DNA of 64,000 bases from Gammaproteobacteria bacterium (lineage in GTDB: Bacteria > Pseudomonadota > Gammaproteobacteria > UBA4575). The stretch's first letter is position 1; each line of letters starts with the position of its first letter. A program made the position numbers and the translations under genes. Under the pieces are notes generated by a model. That model was not told where the DNA came from, made no database searches, and saw nothing but the letters and a program-made list of their open reading frames with translations. Below are positions 21,811-30,278 of the stretch, in pieces. Location: positions 544,001-608,000 of the forward strand of contig CBDEUS010000002.1 of the NCBI GenBank assembly GCA_965243395.1. The letters are read 5' to 3'.

Positions 21811-22734
21811 ATGAAAGACAATCCTATTAAACATTCACTACGCTACAGTTTGTTGGGTAGTTTAATTGTTGTTTGCTCACTTGACGCTTCAGCAGAAGTT
21901 CAGCCTTACAATATGACGGAAGGTGTGACGCAAATAAGCAAAGAAGTTTTCGATTTACACATGCTCATTTTTTATATTTGCTGTGTAATAGGGGTGGTTG
22001 TATTTGGTGCAATGGCAGTCTCATTAATAAGAGACCGCAAATCAAAAGGCGTAGCACCAGCTGATTTTCATGAGAGTGTTTTATTAGAATTTGTCTGGAC
22101 TGCAATACCCTTTGCAATTCTCATCGCTATTGCTATTCCAGCGGCAAAAGTATTAATCGATATGGAGGATGTCAGTGAAGCAGAGATGACGGTCAAAGTA
22201 ACTGGTTATCAATGGTTATGGCATTACGAATATATTGATCATGATATTGATTTCTATAGCGTGTTAAAAACATCTCGTGATGAAATTTATAATCGAAGTG
22301 AGAAAAACGAAAATTATTTGTTGGAAGTAGACAATCAATTAGTTCTGCCAACTAATCGAAAAGTGCGTATTCTCATTACTTCAAATGATGTAATTCATGC
22401 ATGGTGGGTACCTGATCTAGCAGTTAAAAAAGATGCAATTCCTGGCTACATCAATCAAGCCTGGACAGAAATAGATAAGCCCGGCATTTACCGCGGGCAA
22501 TGTGCAGAACTGTGTGGGCGTGATCATGGTTTTATGCCAGTAGTTGTTCGTGCACTGCCACCGGAAGAGTTCGACGCATGGGCACTGCAGCAAAGTAATA
22601 AAACCGTGGCCGGTTCTCAAGGAAGTAGCACTTCTTTGCAGCAAAGTAATAAAACCGTGGCCGGTTCTCAAGGAAGTAGCACTTCTTTGCAGCAGGGTCA
22701 TAAGAAAGTTGTACAAACTGCATCTACTAATTAA
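21811..22734 (+). CDS. coxB: Cytochrome c oxidase subunit II
   Basis: GYQWLWHYEY, DVIHAWWVP, CuA motif CAELCGRDHGFM; no C-terminal CxxCH. Confidence 0.97.
   Translation: MKDNPIKHSLRYSLLGSLIVVCSLDASAEVQPYNMTEGVTQISKEVFDLHMLIFYICCVIGVVVFGAMAVSLIRDRKSKGVAPADFHESVLLEFVWTAIPFAILIAIAIPAAKVLIDMEDVSEAEMTVKVTGYQWLWHYEYIDHDIDFYSVLKTSRDEIYNRSEKNENYLLEVDNQLVLPTNRKVRILITSNDVIHAWWVPDLAVKKDAIPGYINQAWTEIDKPGIYRGQCAELCGRDHGFMPVVVRALPPEEFDAWALQQSNKTVAGSQGSSTSLQQSNKTVAGSQGSSTSLQQGHKKVVQTASTN
22586..22694 (+). repeat. 51-bp perfect tandem duplication (2 copies plus 7 bp) in the coxB 3' end
   Basis: TGCAGCAAAGTAATAAAACCGTGGCCGGTTCTCAAGGAAGTAGCACTTCTT at 22586 and 22637, TGCAGCA again at 22688; encodes LQQSNKTVAGSQGSSTS twice. 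Confidence 0.95.
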
Positions 22735-22785
22735 TTACCTACAAGTTTTAAAAGCTATTATTTAAAGAACATTCGGAGTAAACAT

Positions 22786-24414
22786 ATGTCAACGACGACA
22801 GCTGACGAACATCACGACGATCATCATCCTTCCGGGATCATGCGTTGGATTACCACCACAAATCATAAAGACATTGGTACTTTATATTTGTGGTTCTCAT
22901 TTATCATGTTCTTTATTGGCGGGTTTATGGCTTTGATCATTCGTTCTGAGCTGTTCGAACCTGGCATGCAGTTTGTTGATCCTCAATTTTTTAATTCTAT
23001 GACCACTATGCACGCCATTATTATGATTTTTGGTGTGGTCATGCCCGCGTTTACAGGTTTAGCAAATTGGCTCATACCACTGATGATTGGTGGTACAGAT
23101 ATGGCCTTGCCACGCATGAACAATTGGAGTTTCTGGATTCTGCCTTTTGCGTTCGCAATGATGCTGTCTACTTTATTTATGGATGGCGGTGGCCCTGCTG
23201 GAGGTTGGACACTTTATCCGCCTTTGTCATTGCAGACAGGTGATGCGCTTCCCTTTGTAATTTTTTCAATTCATTTTATGGGCATGTCTTCCATCATGGG
23301 TGCGATTAATGTTGTAGCAACCATTTTAAATATGCGTGCACCTGGAATGACACTGATGAAAATGCCATTGTTTGTTTGGACCTGGCTCATCACAGCTTAC
23401 TTATTAATTGCTGTAATGCCTGTGTTAGCTGGCGGCGTAACGATGCTGCTTACGGATAAGTTTTTTGAAACCAGCTTTTTTAATGCAGCAGGTGGTGGTG
23501 ATCCTGTTTTGTTCCAGCATATCTTTTGGTTTTTTGGACATCCTGAAGTGTATATATTGATTCTGCCTTCCTTTGGTGTGATTTCGAGCATCATTCCTAC
23601 TTTTGCACGTAAACCATTATTTGGTTATTCATCTATGGTGTACGCAACCGCATCCATTGCATTTTTATCCTTTATTGTGTGGGCGCATCATATGTTCACG
23701 GTTGGTATGCCACTAGCAGGTGAACTGTTCTTTATGTTGGCCACCATGCTCATTGCGGTACCCACGGGCGTCAAAGTGTTTAATTGGGTATGCACTATGT
23801 GGCGAGGTGCAATGACGTTTGAAACACCTATGTTGTTCGCAATAGCATTTATTATTTTGTTCACTATTGGCGGATTTTCAGGACTAATGTTGGCAATTAC
23901 GCCTGCTGATTTCCAATACCATGACACCTATTTTGTAGTTGCGCACTTTCATTATGTATTAGTGCCAGGATCTATTTTTGCAATCATTGCTGCTGTTTAT
24001 TATTGGTTACCGAAATGGACGGGGCATATGTATAGTGAGTTTTGGGGTAAGACGCATTTTTGGTTATCCACCATCTTCGTTAACCTCACGTTTTTCCCGA
24101 TGCACTTTGTAGGACTAGCGGGAATGCCACGACGCATACCTGATTACGCATTACAATTTTCAGACTATAACCAAATCGCCACAATTGGCGCATTTGGATT
24201 CGGTTTTGCACAAATCATTTTCTTAGGATTAGTCATCGCCACTATTCGTGGTGGTGTAAAAGCTACAGATCGTGTTTGGGAAGGTGCAGAAGGATTGGAA
24301 TGGACGTTGAGTTCACCTCCTCCATATCATAGCTTTACCACACCACCAAATGTTAAGGGTGAGTGGAATTGGTTTACACATCAACATTATGAAACAGTCA
24401 AAACGCGAAGCTAA
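22786..24414 (+). CDS. coxA: Cytochrome c oxidase subunit I (A1 type)
   Basis: NHKDIGTLY, WFFGHPEVY, WAHHMF, VVAHFHY, GMPRRIPDY. Confidence 0.98.
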   Translation: MSTTTADEHHDDHHPSGIMRWITTTNHKDIGTLYLWFSFIMFFIGGFMALIIRSELFEPGMQFVDPQFFNSMTTMHAIIMIFGVVMPAFTGLANWLIPLMIGGTDMALPRMNNWSFWILPFAFAMMLSTLFMDGGGPAGGWTLYPPLSLQTGDALPFVIFSIHFMGMSSIMGAINVVATILNMRAPGMTLMKMPLFVWTWLITAYLLIAVMPVLAGGVTMLLTDKFFETSFFNAAGGGDPVLFQHIFWFFGHPEVYILILPSFGVISSIIPTFARKPLFGYSSMVYATASIAFLSFIVWAHHMFTVGMPLAGELFFMLATMLIAVPTGVKVFNWVCTMWRGAMTFETPMLFAIAFIILFTIGGFSGLMLAITPADFQYHDTYFVVAHFHYVLVPGSIFAIIAAVYYWLPKWTGHMYSEFWGKTHFWLSTIFVNLTFFPMHFVGLAGMPRRIPDYALQFSDYNQIATIGAFGFGFAQIIFLGLVIATIRGGVKATDRVWEGAEGLEWTLSSPPPYHSFTTPPNVKGEWNWFTHQHYETVKTRS

Positions 24415-24490
24415 ACGAACCGCAATCATATTGGCTTGCGTAGCATTATTTATTTATGTCGGTTTTTATTTTTTGGTGGCATCAAAATAA
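24389..24490 (+). CDS. Small single-TM protein (33 aa), probable cytochrome oxidase small assembly protein
   Basis: Hand-translated MKQSKREAKRTAIILACVALFIYVGFYFLVASK; basic N-terminus plus TM helix, between coxA and ctaG; below the ORF-track size cutoff. Confidence 0.65.
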   Translation: MKQSKREAKRTAIILACVALFIYVGFYFLVASK

Positions 24491-24496
24491 GAATTT

Positions 24497-25057
24497 ATGA
24501 GTAACGTTAATAGCAAAAGCGCATTTAAATTATTTGTGGTAGCTATCGCTATGTTCGGCTTCGGATATGCGCTGGTTCCCTTATATGATTTGTTGTGCGA
24601 TATAACAGGCTTGAATGGCAAGTCTGATACCGTTACTCAGCAACAAGAACCTATAAAATTTGCCGTAGATGAAACCCGAACTATTACCGTTGAGTTCATC
24701 ACTAATTTAAATCAAGGTATGGCTTGGGACTTTAAGCCTGAGATTGCAAAAATGCAGGTACATCCCGGCAAAGCCTATCAAACAAGTTTTTTTGTTAACA
24801 ACAAAACCAAGCGCTCAATGGTAGGGCAAGCGGTCCCTAGCGTTGCGCCTTATGCTGCAGCAAATCATTTTATTAAAACGGAATGTTTTTGTTTTAATAA
24901 TCAGTTACTAGAAGCTGGACAAACTATGGAAATGCCAGTGGTATTTCTTATCAACCCGGCACTTCCTGATCATGTGAAAACTGTGACACTTTCTTATACT
25001 TATTTTGATGTGAGCAACACTGCTGACAACAATATGAACCTTTCTGATAACACTTAA
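24497..25057 (+). CDS. ctaG: Cytochrome c oxidase copper chaperone Cox11/CtaG
   Basis: MFGFGYALVPLYD, CDITGLNG, KTECFCF, TLSYTYF. Confidence 0.95.
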   Translation: MSNVNSKSAFKLFVVAIAMFGFGYALVPLYDLLCDITGLNGKSDTVTQQQEPIKFAVDETRTITVEFITNLNQGMAWDFKPEIAKMQVHPGKAYQTSFFVNNKTKRSMVGQAVPSVAPYAAANHFIKTECFCFNNQLLEAGQTMEMPVVFLINPALPDHVKTVTLSYTYFDVSNTADNNMNLSDNT

Positions 25058-25073
25058 ATTAAATGAGATAGAT

Positions 25074-25946
25074 ATGGCAAACGCAGAAAGCAACTACTAC
25101 ATCCCCCACGGAAGTCACTGGCCATTTGTTGGCTCGATAGCGGTTTTCAGCTTAATGGTGGGGTTCTCTAATTTTTTAAATGGTGTCAACTGGGGCACAT
25201 ACGTAATGCTTTTTGGTGTTCTTGTATTACTTGTGATGTTATTTGGTTGGTTTGGAGCTGTTATAAAAGAAAGTGAATCAGGAAACTACAATCAGCAAGT
25301 TGATATTTCATTTCGTTGGGGCATGTTTTGGTTTATCTTTTCCGAGGTAATGTTTTTCGCGGCATTTTTTGGCGCACTTTTTTATGTTCGTGTTTATTCT
25401 CTACCTTGGTTAGGTGGCGAAGCTTCTGGCGCTGCCACCAATAGCTATTTATGGCCAGGATTTGAAGCGTTGTGGCCGCTTACAGCAAATGGGCCAGCTC
25501 AAATTGGTGGAGAGTTTAAAGCCATGGCATGGAACGGTTTGCCTCTCGTTAACACTATTATACTTCTTACCAGTGGCGTGACCTTAACTTGGGCGCACCA
25601 TGCTCTTAAGGCCAATCATCGTGGCCAGCTTATTATTGGCTTGGCATTAACTGTTTTGTTAGGCGCGATTTTCATGGTACTTCAGGGCGTGGAGTATTAC
25701 GAAGCCTATAACCACTTAGGTTTGACGTTGGGATCAGGTGTGTATGGTTCCACATTCTTTATGTTGACAGGTTTTCATGGCATGCATGTAACCATTGGTG
25801 CAATCATTTTATTTGTTATTTTGATTCGATGTATGAGAGGGCACTTCGACTCCGAGCACCATTTTGGATTTGAAGCAGCAGCATGGTATTGGCATTTTGT
25901 TGATGTGGTGTGGCTGGGCTTGTTTATATTCGTGTATATTTTGTAG
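25074..25946 (+). CDS. coxC: Cytochrome c oxidase subunit III
   Basis: WFIFSEVMFF, TGFHGMHV, GFEAAAWYWHFVDVVW. Confidence 0.97.
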   Translation: MANAESNYYIPHGSHWPFVGSIAVFSLMVGFSNFLNGVNWGTYVMLFGVLVLLVMLFGWFGAVIKESESGNYNQQVDISFRWGMFWFIFSEVMFFAAFFGALFYVRVYSLPWLGGEASGAATNSYLWPGFEALWPLTANGPAQIGGEFKAMAWNGLPLVNTIILLTSGVTLTWAHHALKANHRGQLIIGLALTVLLGAIFMVLQGVEYYEAYNHLGLTLGSGVYGSTFFMLTGFHGMHVTIGAIILFVILIRCMRGHFDSEHHFGFEAAAWYWHFVDVVWLGLFIFVYIL

Positions 25947-25962
25947 TTATTGCTTACATAGC

Positions 25963-25994
25963 ATAAAAAACGCCGCTATTGCGGCGTTTTTTAT
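25963..25994. terminator. Bidirectional intrinsic terminator
   Basis: ATAAAAAACGCCGC-TATT-GCGGCGTTTTTTAT between convergent coxC and the small TM gene. Confidence 0.9.
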
Positions 25995-26022
25995 TTCTGA
26001 TTAAAAAAATATTTTAATTGTT

Positions 26023-26232
26023 TTACCCACCAATACCATGAGGCTGAATCACCCCGCCGTAATATCCTAGGATGAGTAATAATATAATCGATACAGAAAT
26101 CGCAATCCTGACGGTTAATGCGTTTACAGTACGTTTCGTGGAACCCTTATCTTGTACCAAATAATATAACGCTGCACCAAGACTGATGAGAATGATTACA
26201 AACATTAATATGATGATGATTTTAATAACCAT
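26023..26232 (-). CDS. Twin transmembrane helix small protein (DUF2909-like)
   Basis: Two TM helices, SLGAALYYL, RTVNALTVRI, C-terminal QPHG; usual position in cox clusters. Confidence 0.85.
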   Translation of the reverse strand: MVIKIIIILMFVIILISLGAALYYLVQDKGSTKRTVNALTVRIAISVSIILLLILGYYGGVIQPHGIGG

Positions 26233-26252
26233 AAAAATAGCAAAGATTTAAA

Positions 26253-26981
26253 ATGTATTGGCGTAAACCGTCCTGGATAATTTTAATCGCAACGGTGGTT
26301 GGAGTATTCTGCCTATCTTCTCTAGGTGTTTGGCAATTACAACGTGCAGAAGAAAAAAAACAGATTCTACAAAATTATGAACTACAGCGTAACAATACGC
26401 TGCAAAGTATTCGTTTACCAGTTACACAACCAGAAAAATTACGCTATCAACGCACTCAATTGCAAGGGCGTTATATTTCAAGTAAACAATTTGTGCTGGA
26501 CAATCAAGTACATGATCATCAAGTTGGCTACAATATTCTTACACCCTTTAAAATAATCGACACGGATTTCATTGTACTGGTTGACCGCGGGTGGCTACCA
26601 ATAGGACATTCACGTGAGCAATTGCCTGAAATACATGTAGACGAAAACTTGCGTACCATAACAGGACAAATTTATGCGCCTTTTGGTGAACCATATACAT
26701 TGGGCGAAGTGGATAATCGCGGTACAAAGTGGCCAAGGCTAATTCAATTTCTGGATTTTGCCGCCTTAAGTAAGCGCTTAGAACTGACACTACAACCATT
26801 TACTTTACGTTTAGACAACGATCAACAAGATGGATTTCTAAGAGAATGGAAAATTTTTGCATTTTCCGCTGAACGACACATAGCGTATGCAGTACAGTGG
26901 TTTGCACTTGCATTTACCTTGATTATTATTTTTATTATTTTGCATTTACCCAGATCTAAAGTTACAAAAAGTAAAGACTAA
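26253..26981 (+). CDS. SURF1 family protein
   Basis: LGVWQLQRAEEK, VLVDRGW, HIAYAVQWF. Confidence 0.93.
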   Translation: MYWRKPSWIILIATVVGVFCLSSLGVWQLQRAEEKKQILQNYELQRNNTLQSIRLPVTQPEKLRYQRTQLQGRYISSKQFVLDNQVHDHQVGYNILTPFKIIDTDFIVLVDRGWLPIGHSREQLPEIHVDENLRTITGQIYAPFGEPYTLGEVDNRGTKWPRLIQFLDFAALSKRLELTLQPFTLRLDNDQQDGFLREWKIFAFSAERHIAYAVQWFALAFTLIIIFIILHLPRSKVTKSKD

Positions 26982-26983
26982 TA

Positions 26984-27574
26984 ATGAAAGAAGTGACAAA
27001 AAGTAGAATTTATCTGGTTGGAATATTTGCAGTTTTTTTTGGTCCGCTATTTTTTGCCATGTGGTTATTTTATGTCCCAAATAGCTGGATGAATTCTAAA
27101 ACTCAAAATCATGGTGATTTAATTGAACCCGCAAAGCCATTAGATAATTTTAAAATAACATCTATTGATGGAGATATTTGGGACAAGCAAAAATTCATGG
27201 GTAAATGGACTCTGCTTTATGTTGGTGATGAATACTGTGATCTTTACTGTGAGGCAAGTTTATTTAAAATGCGCCAAGTGCGTTTATCGTTAGGTCGCGA
27301 TCGTCAACGGGTGCAAGGTAAATATCTTGGAATAGACAATAAAAACAATAAGCAACCTTTTAATGATATTATTAAAAATTATCCTGATATGCAGGTGGGT
27401 TGGTTTACGTTTGATAATACACCCAATTCACTTTCCACATATGAACTTCAAAAGAACGTAATCTACATAATTGATCCACTGGGCAATTTAATGATGCAGT
27501 ACTCTCGTGATGCAACTTCAAAAGGCATAAAAAAAGATCTTAAACGCTTATTAAAAGTCTCTAAGATTGGCTAA
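26984..27574 (+). CDS. Cox-cluster membrane-anchored thioredoxin/SCO-like protein
   Basis: N-terminal TM, NHGDLIEP, CxxxC (CDLYC), IIDPLGNLMMQY, KDLKRLLKVSKIG. Confidence 0.75.
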   Translation: MKEVTKSRIYLVGIFAVFFGPLFFAMWLFYVPNSWMNSKTQNHGDLIEPAKPLDNFKITSIDGDIWDKQKFMGKWTLLYVGDEYCDLYCEASLFKMRQVRLSLGRDRQRVQGKYLGIDNKNNKQPFNDIIKNYPDMQVGWFTFDNTPNSLSTYELQKNVIYIIDPLGNLMMQYSRDATSKGIKKDLKRLLKVSKIG

Positions 27575-27588
27575 AAAGGTGACATAAA

Positions 27589-28587
27589 ATGTTTAGAAAG
27601 ATTGCTCTACTTGCAACCTTGTTAACTCTTACAGTTGTCGTAATGGGCGCTTACACAAGGTTATCTGATGCTGGTTTAGGCTGCCCGGACTGGCCCGGGT
27701 GCTATGGACATTTGTTAGGCGTTCCCGAATCAAGTTCTGAGATCGACCAGGCCAATCAAGATTTTCCAGAACGTGCTGTCGAGATTGACAAGGCATGGAA
27801 GGAAATGATTCATCGTTACTTGGCAGAAGGATTAGGTCTATTGATTCTGATTTTGGCATTTATAGCGATTAAAAATCGTAAGCAAACGAATCAAGCATTA
27901 TGGCTACCCATATTTCTAGTTGGCTTGGTGATATTTCAAGGTTTGTTAGGTATGTGGACTGTCACACTGTTATTAAAACCGGTGATTGTAATGCTGCATT
28001 TACTAGGGGGTATGACCATTTTGGCATTGCTTTGGTGGTTGGTTTTGCAGACTTCACCTAAAGAAACTCCTATGAAAAGCACTTCTTTAACATCAGTTTT
28101 AGTATTGGGGCTTTTCTTATTAGTGGTGCAAATTTTATTGGGTGGTTGGACAAGTGCAAACTATGCCGCATTAGCGTGTCCAGACTTTCCAACGTGTCAA
28201 GGAAGATGGTGGCCGGCGACCGATTTTAAAGAAGGGTTTGTGTTTTGGAGAGGGTTAGATCAGAACTATGAATTCGGTGTGTTGGATAATCCAGCTAGAA
28301 CCGCTATTCATCTTAGCCATCGCATTTTTGCGATCGTGGTTGCAATATTTTGGGTGGTCGTTTCGTTAAAAATAATGATGAATAAATATTTGTCTTCAAA
28401 TATGCGTCAATTGGCAATCATTACCTTATTGTTTTTAACTGCTCAAATAGGTTTGGGAATTTCAAATGTAGTAATGAGTCTACCTATTAGTGTAGCTGTC
28501 ATGCACAACGGCGGAGCAGCATTACTCTTGCTGAGTGTTGTTACGTTAATTTTCTACTCGCGATTGCAATCGCCGCAGTCTTTATGA
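27589..28587 (+). CDS. ctaA: Heme A synthase (COX15/CtaA)
   Basis: [40 protein letters not shown]. Confidence 0.95.
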   Translation: MFRKIALLATLLTLTVVVMGAYTRLSDAGLGCPDWPGCYGHLLGVPESSSEIDQANQDFPERAVEIDKAWKEMIHRYLAEGLGLLILILAFIAIKNRKQTNQALWLPIFLVGLVIFQGLLGMWTVTLLLKPVIVMLHLLGGMTILALLWWLVLQTSPKETPMKSTSLTSVLVLGLFLLVVQILLGGWTSANYAALACPDFPTCQGRWWPATDFKEGFVFWRGLDQNYEFGVLDNPARTAIHLSHRIFAIVVAIFWVVVSLKIMMNKYLSSNMRQLAIITLLFLTAQIGLGISNVVMSLPISVAVMHNGGAALLLLSVVTLIFYSRLQSPQSL

Positions 28588-29448
28588 TGCTATGGCTAGT
28601 TTGAGCTTTTTAATTGCATTATTTTCTAGCTGACGCACTCGTTCAGCTGAAATTTCATATTCCTTAGCCAAGTCTTGTAGCGTTGTCTTTTTCTCTGCGA
28701 GCCAACGTTTTGCAATAATGTCGCGGCTACGTTCATCTAGCTCTTGCAATGCAGTTTGCAACTGTTGAGTTTGATGGGCTTGCCAATCATTCTGTTCTAA
28801 CTGTTCTGCGGGAGTCGCGCTATCACTCGTCAAGTATGCAGCCGGTGCATAGCTTGTTGTTGATTCGTCCTCATCACCTTGCTCAGGTAGATCAAAACCA
28901 AGGTCAGGACTACTAAGACGCTTTTCCATTTCTAAGACTTCTACGGGTTTCACGCCTAATTCTTTTGCTACGTTCTCTACTTCCTCTTGATTTAACCAGG
29001 CAAGTCTTTTTTTACTACTGCGTAAATTAAAGAATAATTTACGTTGTGCCTTGGTTGTAGCAATTTTAACAATACGCCAATTTCGTAATACAAATTCATG
29101 AATTTCAGCACGTACCCAATGGACAGCAAATGAAACTAGACGTACCCCTTTATGCGGATCGAATTTTTTCACTGCTTTCATTAAACCAACATTGCCTTCT
29201 TGAATTAAATCAGCAAGAGGTAAACCATAACCACTGTAACCACGTGCAACTTGCACCACGAAACGAAGGTGATGAAGAATTAAAGTACGAGCGGCATCCA
29301 GGTCATTGTGTTCATGCAGGCGTATTGCGAGCGCATGCTCTTGCTCTGCATCTAACACAGGTAATTGATAAGCAGACGCTATATAGCTGTCTACATTAGC
29401 TGTAGATACCGATAAATTGGTCTGGGCTGGCATGATCGACTTTGACAT
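28582..29448 (-). CDS. rpoH: RNA polymerase sigma factor RpoH (sigma32)
   Basis: [14 protein letters not shown], RpoH box [18 protein letters not shown]; downstream of ftsYEX. Confidence 0.97.
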   Translation of the reverse strand: MSKSIMPAQTNLSVSTANVDSYIASAYQLPVLDAEQEHALAIRLHEHNDLDAARTLILHHLRFVVQVARGYSGYGLPLADLIQEGNVGLMKAVKKFDPHKGVRLVSFAVHWVRAEIHEFVLRNWRIVKIATTKAQRKLFFNLRSSKKRLAWLNQEEVENVAKELGVKPVEVLEMEKRLSSPDLGFDLPEQGDEDESTTSYAPAAYLTSDSATPAEQLEQNDWQAHQTQQLQTALQELDERSRDIIAKRWLAEKKTTLQDLAKEYEISAERVRQLENNAIKKLKLAIAS

Positions 29449-29496
29449 TCTTGCTAATTTCCCCTTTATGGATGGTTATAAATTACTAAGTATATT

Positions 29497-29523
29497 TTAG
29501 CAGTCTTGCCATTAGAGTGCTAA
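29497..29523. promoter_or_regulatory. CIRCE element (HrcA operator) upstream of rpoH
   Basis: TTAGCAGTC-TTGCCATTA-GAGTGCTAA vs consensus TTAGCACTC-N9-GAGTGCTAA: one mismatch, correct 9-nt spacer, about 50 bp upstream of the rpoH ATG. Confidence 0.85.
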
Positions 29524-29538
29524 TCAGGCAAAACGTTC
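29512..29538 (-). promoter_or_regulatory. Putative sigmaE (RpoE/AlgU-type) promoter of rpoH
   Basis: Minus strand GAACGT-N16-TCTAA vs consensus GAACTT-N16/17-TCtaA; rpoH has a sigmaE promoter in E. coli and Pseudomonas. Confidence 0.6.
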
Positions 29539-29759
29539 AAAATTATCCCTTAATTGGTGTCTTGAGAGCTTTTGAACCATGTAAAAAGCATGATTTTCGA
29601 GCAATTTCAAAGTTTTTAGGCTCTACACACAAGCAGAGCTATAAAGTCGAATTTGCTCAATCGAAGTCCTTAGAGAAGCTTGTGAATCACATGCTTTATG
29701 GCAGTCAATTTCTTCCCAAGCACTGTTGTTAAATGGCCCCATATCTCAATTGGTTATTA

Positions 29760-29932
29760 CGTCGCTTCGTCTGGGCGCTTCACCCGAAAGCCAGTTGTTT
29801 GAAAACTCTGAAACAGTATCTTTACCCTATTACAGGCGTGGAGCAGCTCGCTACTACAGGAAGTAGTTAGTGACCTACTCTCAAAAAGCAGGATTGGAGT
29901 TGCTGCCCATTTGTCGGTCTAAATTCGGACTC
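29760..29932 (+). ncRNA. Candidate structured RNA (sRNA or cis-regulatory leader), family not recognised
   Basis: GC-enriched stretch with nested stems folded by eye, e.g. AGCAGCUC 29842-49 / GAGUUGCU 29897-904 enclosing the hairpin GCUACUAC-AGGAA-GUAG(U)UAGU; most G-U wobbles favour the + strand. Confidence 0.45.
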
Positions 29933-30004
29933 TATCTATTACGAATACGCCAAAAAATATATAGCAATACAATTTTTAAAGAATACTTTTCTAAATATAC
30001 ATAC

Positions 30005-30238
30005 ATGCCCGGTGTTCAAGTAAGCAAATCTGATTTAGCGCATATCTTTGGTGTGGATCAACCCACAATCGATCACTGGATACAAAGAGGTTTGCCTTAT
30101 ATTCGTAAGCGTATAGGCGTTGCTGCGAATGACACAAATACAAATACACTAAACACAGTAGAACGCGAGCTAATATTTGATACCGCAGATGCCATTAATT
30201 GGCGATTGTCTGTATCTAATTTAGAACACGAATGGTGA
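30005..30238 (+). CDS. Lambda Nu1 (terminase small subunit)-like winged-helix protein, DNA-binding domain only
   Basis: MPGVQVSKSDLAHIFGVDQPTIDHWIQRGLP...ELIFDTADAINWR parallels the lambda gpNu1 N-terminus (MEVNKKQLADIFGASIRTIQNWQEQGMP...EVLYDSAAVIKWY); ATG 30005 is in frame within track ORF 29870..30238. Confidence 0.7.
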   Translation: MPGVQVSKSDLAHIFGVDQPTIDHWIQRGLPYIRKRIGVAANDTNTNTLNTVERELIFDTADAINWRLSVSNLEHEW

Positions 30239-30278
30239 ATACACTGAAAATTTAATCTCTATTTATTAGGACTCAAGG

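Noticed and set aside
22586-22694. Possible CRISPR-like or mobile repeat
   Set aside because: The copies are directly adjacent with no spacers, in frame within coxB, and no cas genes are present.
29737-29744. CCCCATAT, a perfect sigma32 -10 box just before the structured RNA
   Set aside because: No TTGAAA-like -35 at the 13-14 nt spacing, so a sigma32 promoter is not supported.
29835-29932. tRNA-fMet-like words GTGGAGCAGCTCG and GTCGGTCTAAATTCGG
   Set aside because: No acceptor stem or CCA, the T-loop reads UCU instead of UUC, and the spacing between the words is too long; not a tRNA gene, and a relic cannot be supported.
29870-30004. GTG-started N-terminal extension of the Nu1-like ORF in the track
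   Set aside because: It overlaps the structured region, and the Nu1 similarity begins only after ATG 30005.
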